From Torpedo marmorata (lineage: Eukaryota): 64,000 nucleotides of DNA. Shown piece by piece: positions 62,981 through 64,000 of this stretch (positions are counted from its first letter, which is position 1; every line of letters starts with the position of its first letter). Where the stretch lies: positions 23,126,001-23,190,000 of the forward strand of contig OZ360245.1 in assembly GCA_977017645.1 (NCBI GenBank). The letters run 5' to 3'. Below the pieces are notes generated by a model. That model did not search any database, was not told the DNA's origin, and saw only the letters and a list, made by a program, of their open reading frames with translations. Position numbers and translations under genes: made by a program.

Positions 62981-63796
62981 TCCGCCGGTCTATGGGATTG
63001 TTTTGATGTCCATTGGAGGCAAGAAGTATTATGTGGCACCTGATCCGCTCGAGTGAAGCCTCTTGGTCAATACCGACTGAAAGTTCTTGCAAGCTGTAAA
63101 ATTTCCGTGCACTATTACACACAAAGAGACAAACATAATTAAGCAAGGATTTATGAGTAAACCAATTGCCAATGAACAAGACCATGCAACCGCGGTAGGA
63201 CAATGAAATGTTGAACATCATATGCAGATGATGGAAGAACTTTGCGCGTAATTTTATTTTCAATTTTATTTATCTTATTGGCTTCAAGGGTTTGGAAACT
63301 TCTTTAGGAAAAGAACTAGCGATGGAACAGAATTTTCTTTATTTGAAATAAAATTCTGTCAGTCCATTTCACACCTTTAATTCTGCGAGAAAATGGTAAC
63401 CGATTAGTACAAGTCGGTACTTTTAAAACACTTGTTCAGTGTTTATCTACACTAAATTCATTTTCGAAGAGGCTATCTGAAAGTGCCCCTCGGAATCCGT
63501 CCAAACGGACAACCTTACTGAAAGTTAGACCCTTCCATCAGATATTGTTATTAAGCGTTGTATCTGATAGATAAATCCCTGGGTTGCATCAACACTAACC
63601 GTTCGGAACACGAATAAAAAACGCTTAAAATTTATTTTTTTATAAAAGCAATTAAGGCTTATCCTTGTACCCAGAAAAATCTATTAACATTTCCAAATCT
63701 TCTAACGCGCATAACTATTTCCCTTAAAAAGATAGGGTGTTACAAGTCGTCCACAGGAGGAAGTGACTGAGTAATGTCTAGCAGAAGACCGCGGAA

Positions 63797-63870
63797 GGTA
63801 GACAAAAATTAAAGAATTTCATGTATGTTACATTCTAAATGTAGTATTACGTGACAATAATTTTACCTTT
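63797..63870 (+). mobile_element. 3' tail fragment of the SINE3 family seen at 27889-28134
   Basis: ggtagacaaaaa.taaagaatttcatgtatgttacattctaaatgtagtatta.gtgacaataat...ttaccttt is nearly identical to 28055-28134. Confidence 0.8.
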
Positions 63871-64000
63871 AGTAGATACTGTGCAAGTCTTGATATTTAT
63901 TCCAAACCCACACAAAAAACGCTAAAAAGGTAAGAGTATAGGATAACTTGAAAAGACGGTATATTACCTTATCTGGGATAACTGCTATTTAAAAAAAATT

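Noticed and set aside
63094-64000. slc6a4 promoter or 5-HTTLPR-like repeat
   Set aside because: The first coding exon appears to have a splice acceptor, so this is probably 5' UTR intron. No convincing core promoter, CpG island or tandem repeat is visible.

Overview
This is eukaryotic (vertebrate) genomic DNA. The repeat landscape (CR1, Penelope, L1, Rex/Babar, 5S-derived SINE) suggests a cartilaginous fish, but that assignment is an inference. The window holds the first nine coding exons of a serotonin transporter gene (slc6a4/SERT) on the minus strand, 62980 down to 8537. All splice sites are GT-AG, exon sizes are 427/135/220/139/135/104/128/113/132 nt, and the spliced frame stays open for 511 codons. 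The remaining exons lie left of position 1. The introns are packed with mobile DNA: Penelope-like elements, four L1 3' fragments, several CR1 fragments, a two-LTR but defective Gypsy element, an apparently intact DD35D pogo transposon, MITEs and a 5S-derived SINE. The most interesting signals are: (1) nine copies of a minimal hammerhead-ribozyme-like fold with a variant core in Penelope termini, including ~106-bp solo units and an RT-less inverted derivative; (2) the intact pogo and a Penelope-carrying MITE nested in the two arms of that derivative; (3) an L1 flanked by a ~418-bp direct duplication; (4) several locally templated inverted duplications and a perfect 94-bp palindrome; (5) a perfect 16-bp minisatellite born at the DD motif of a dead Gypsy RT; (6) chicken-like TM3 substitutions in the SERT binding pocket. 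Coordinates were read by eye and identities are manual estimates.
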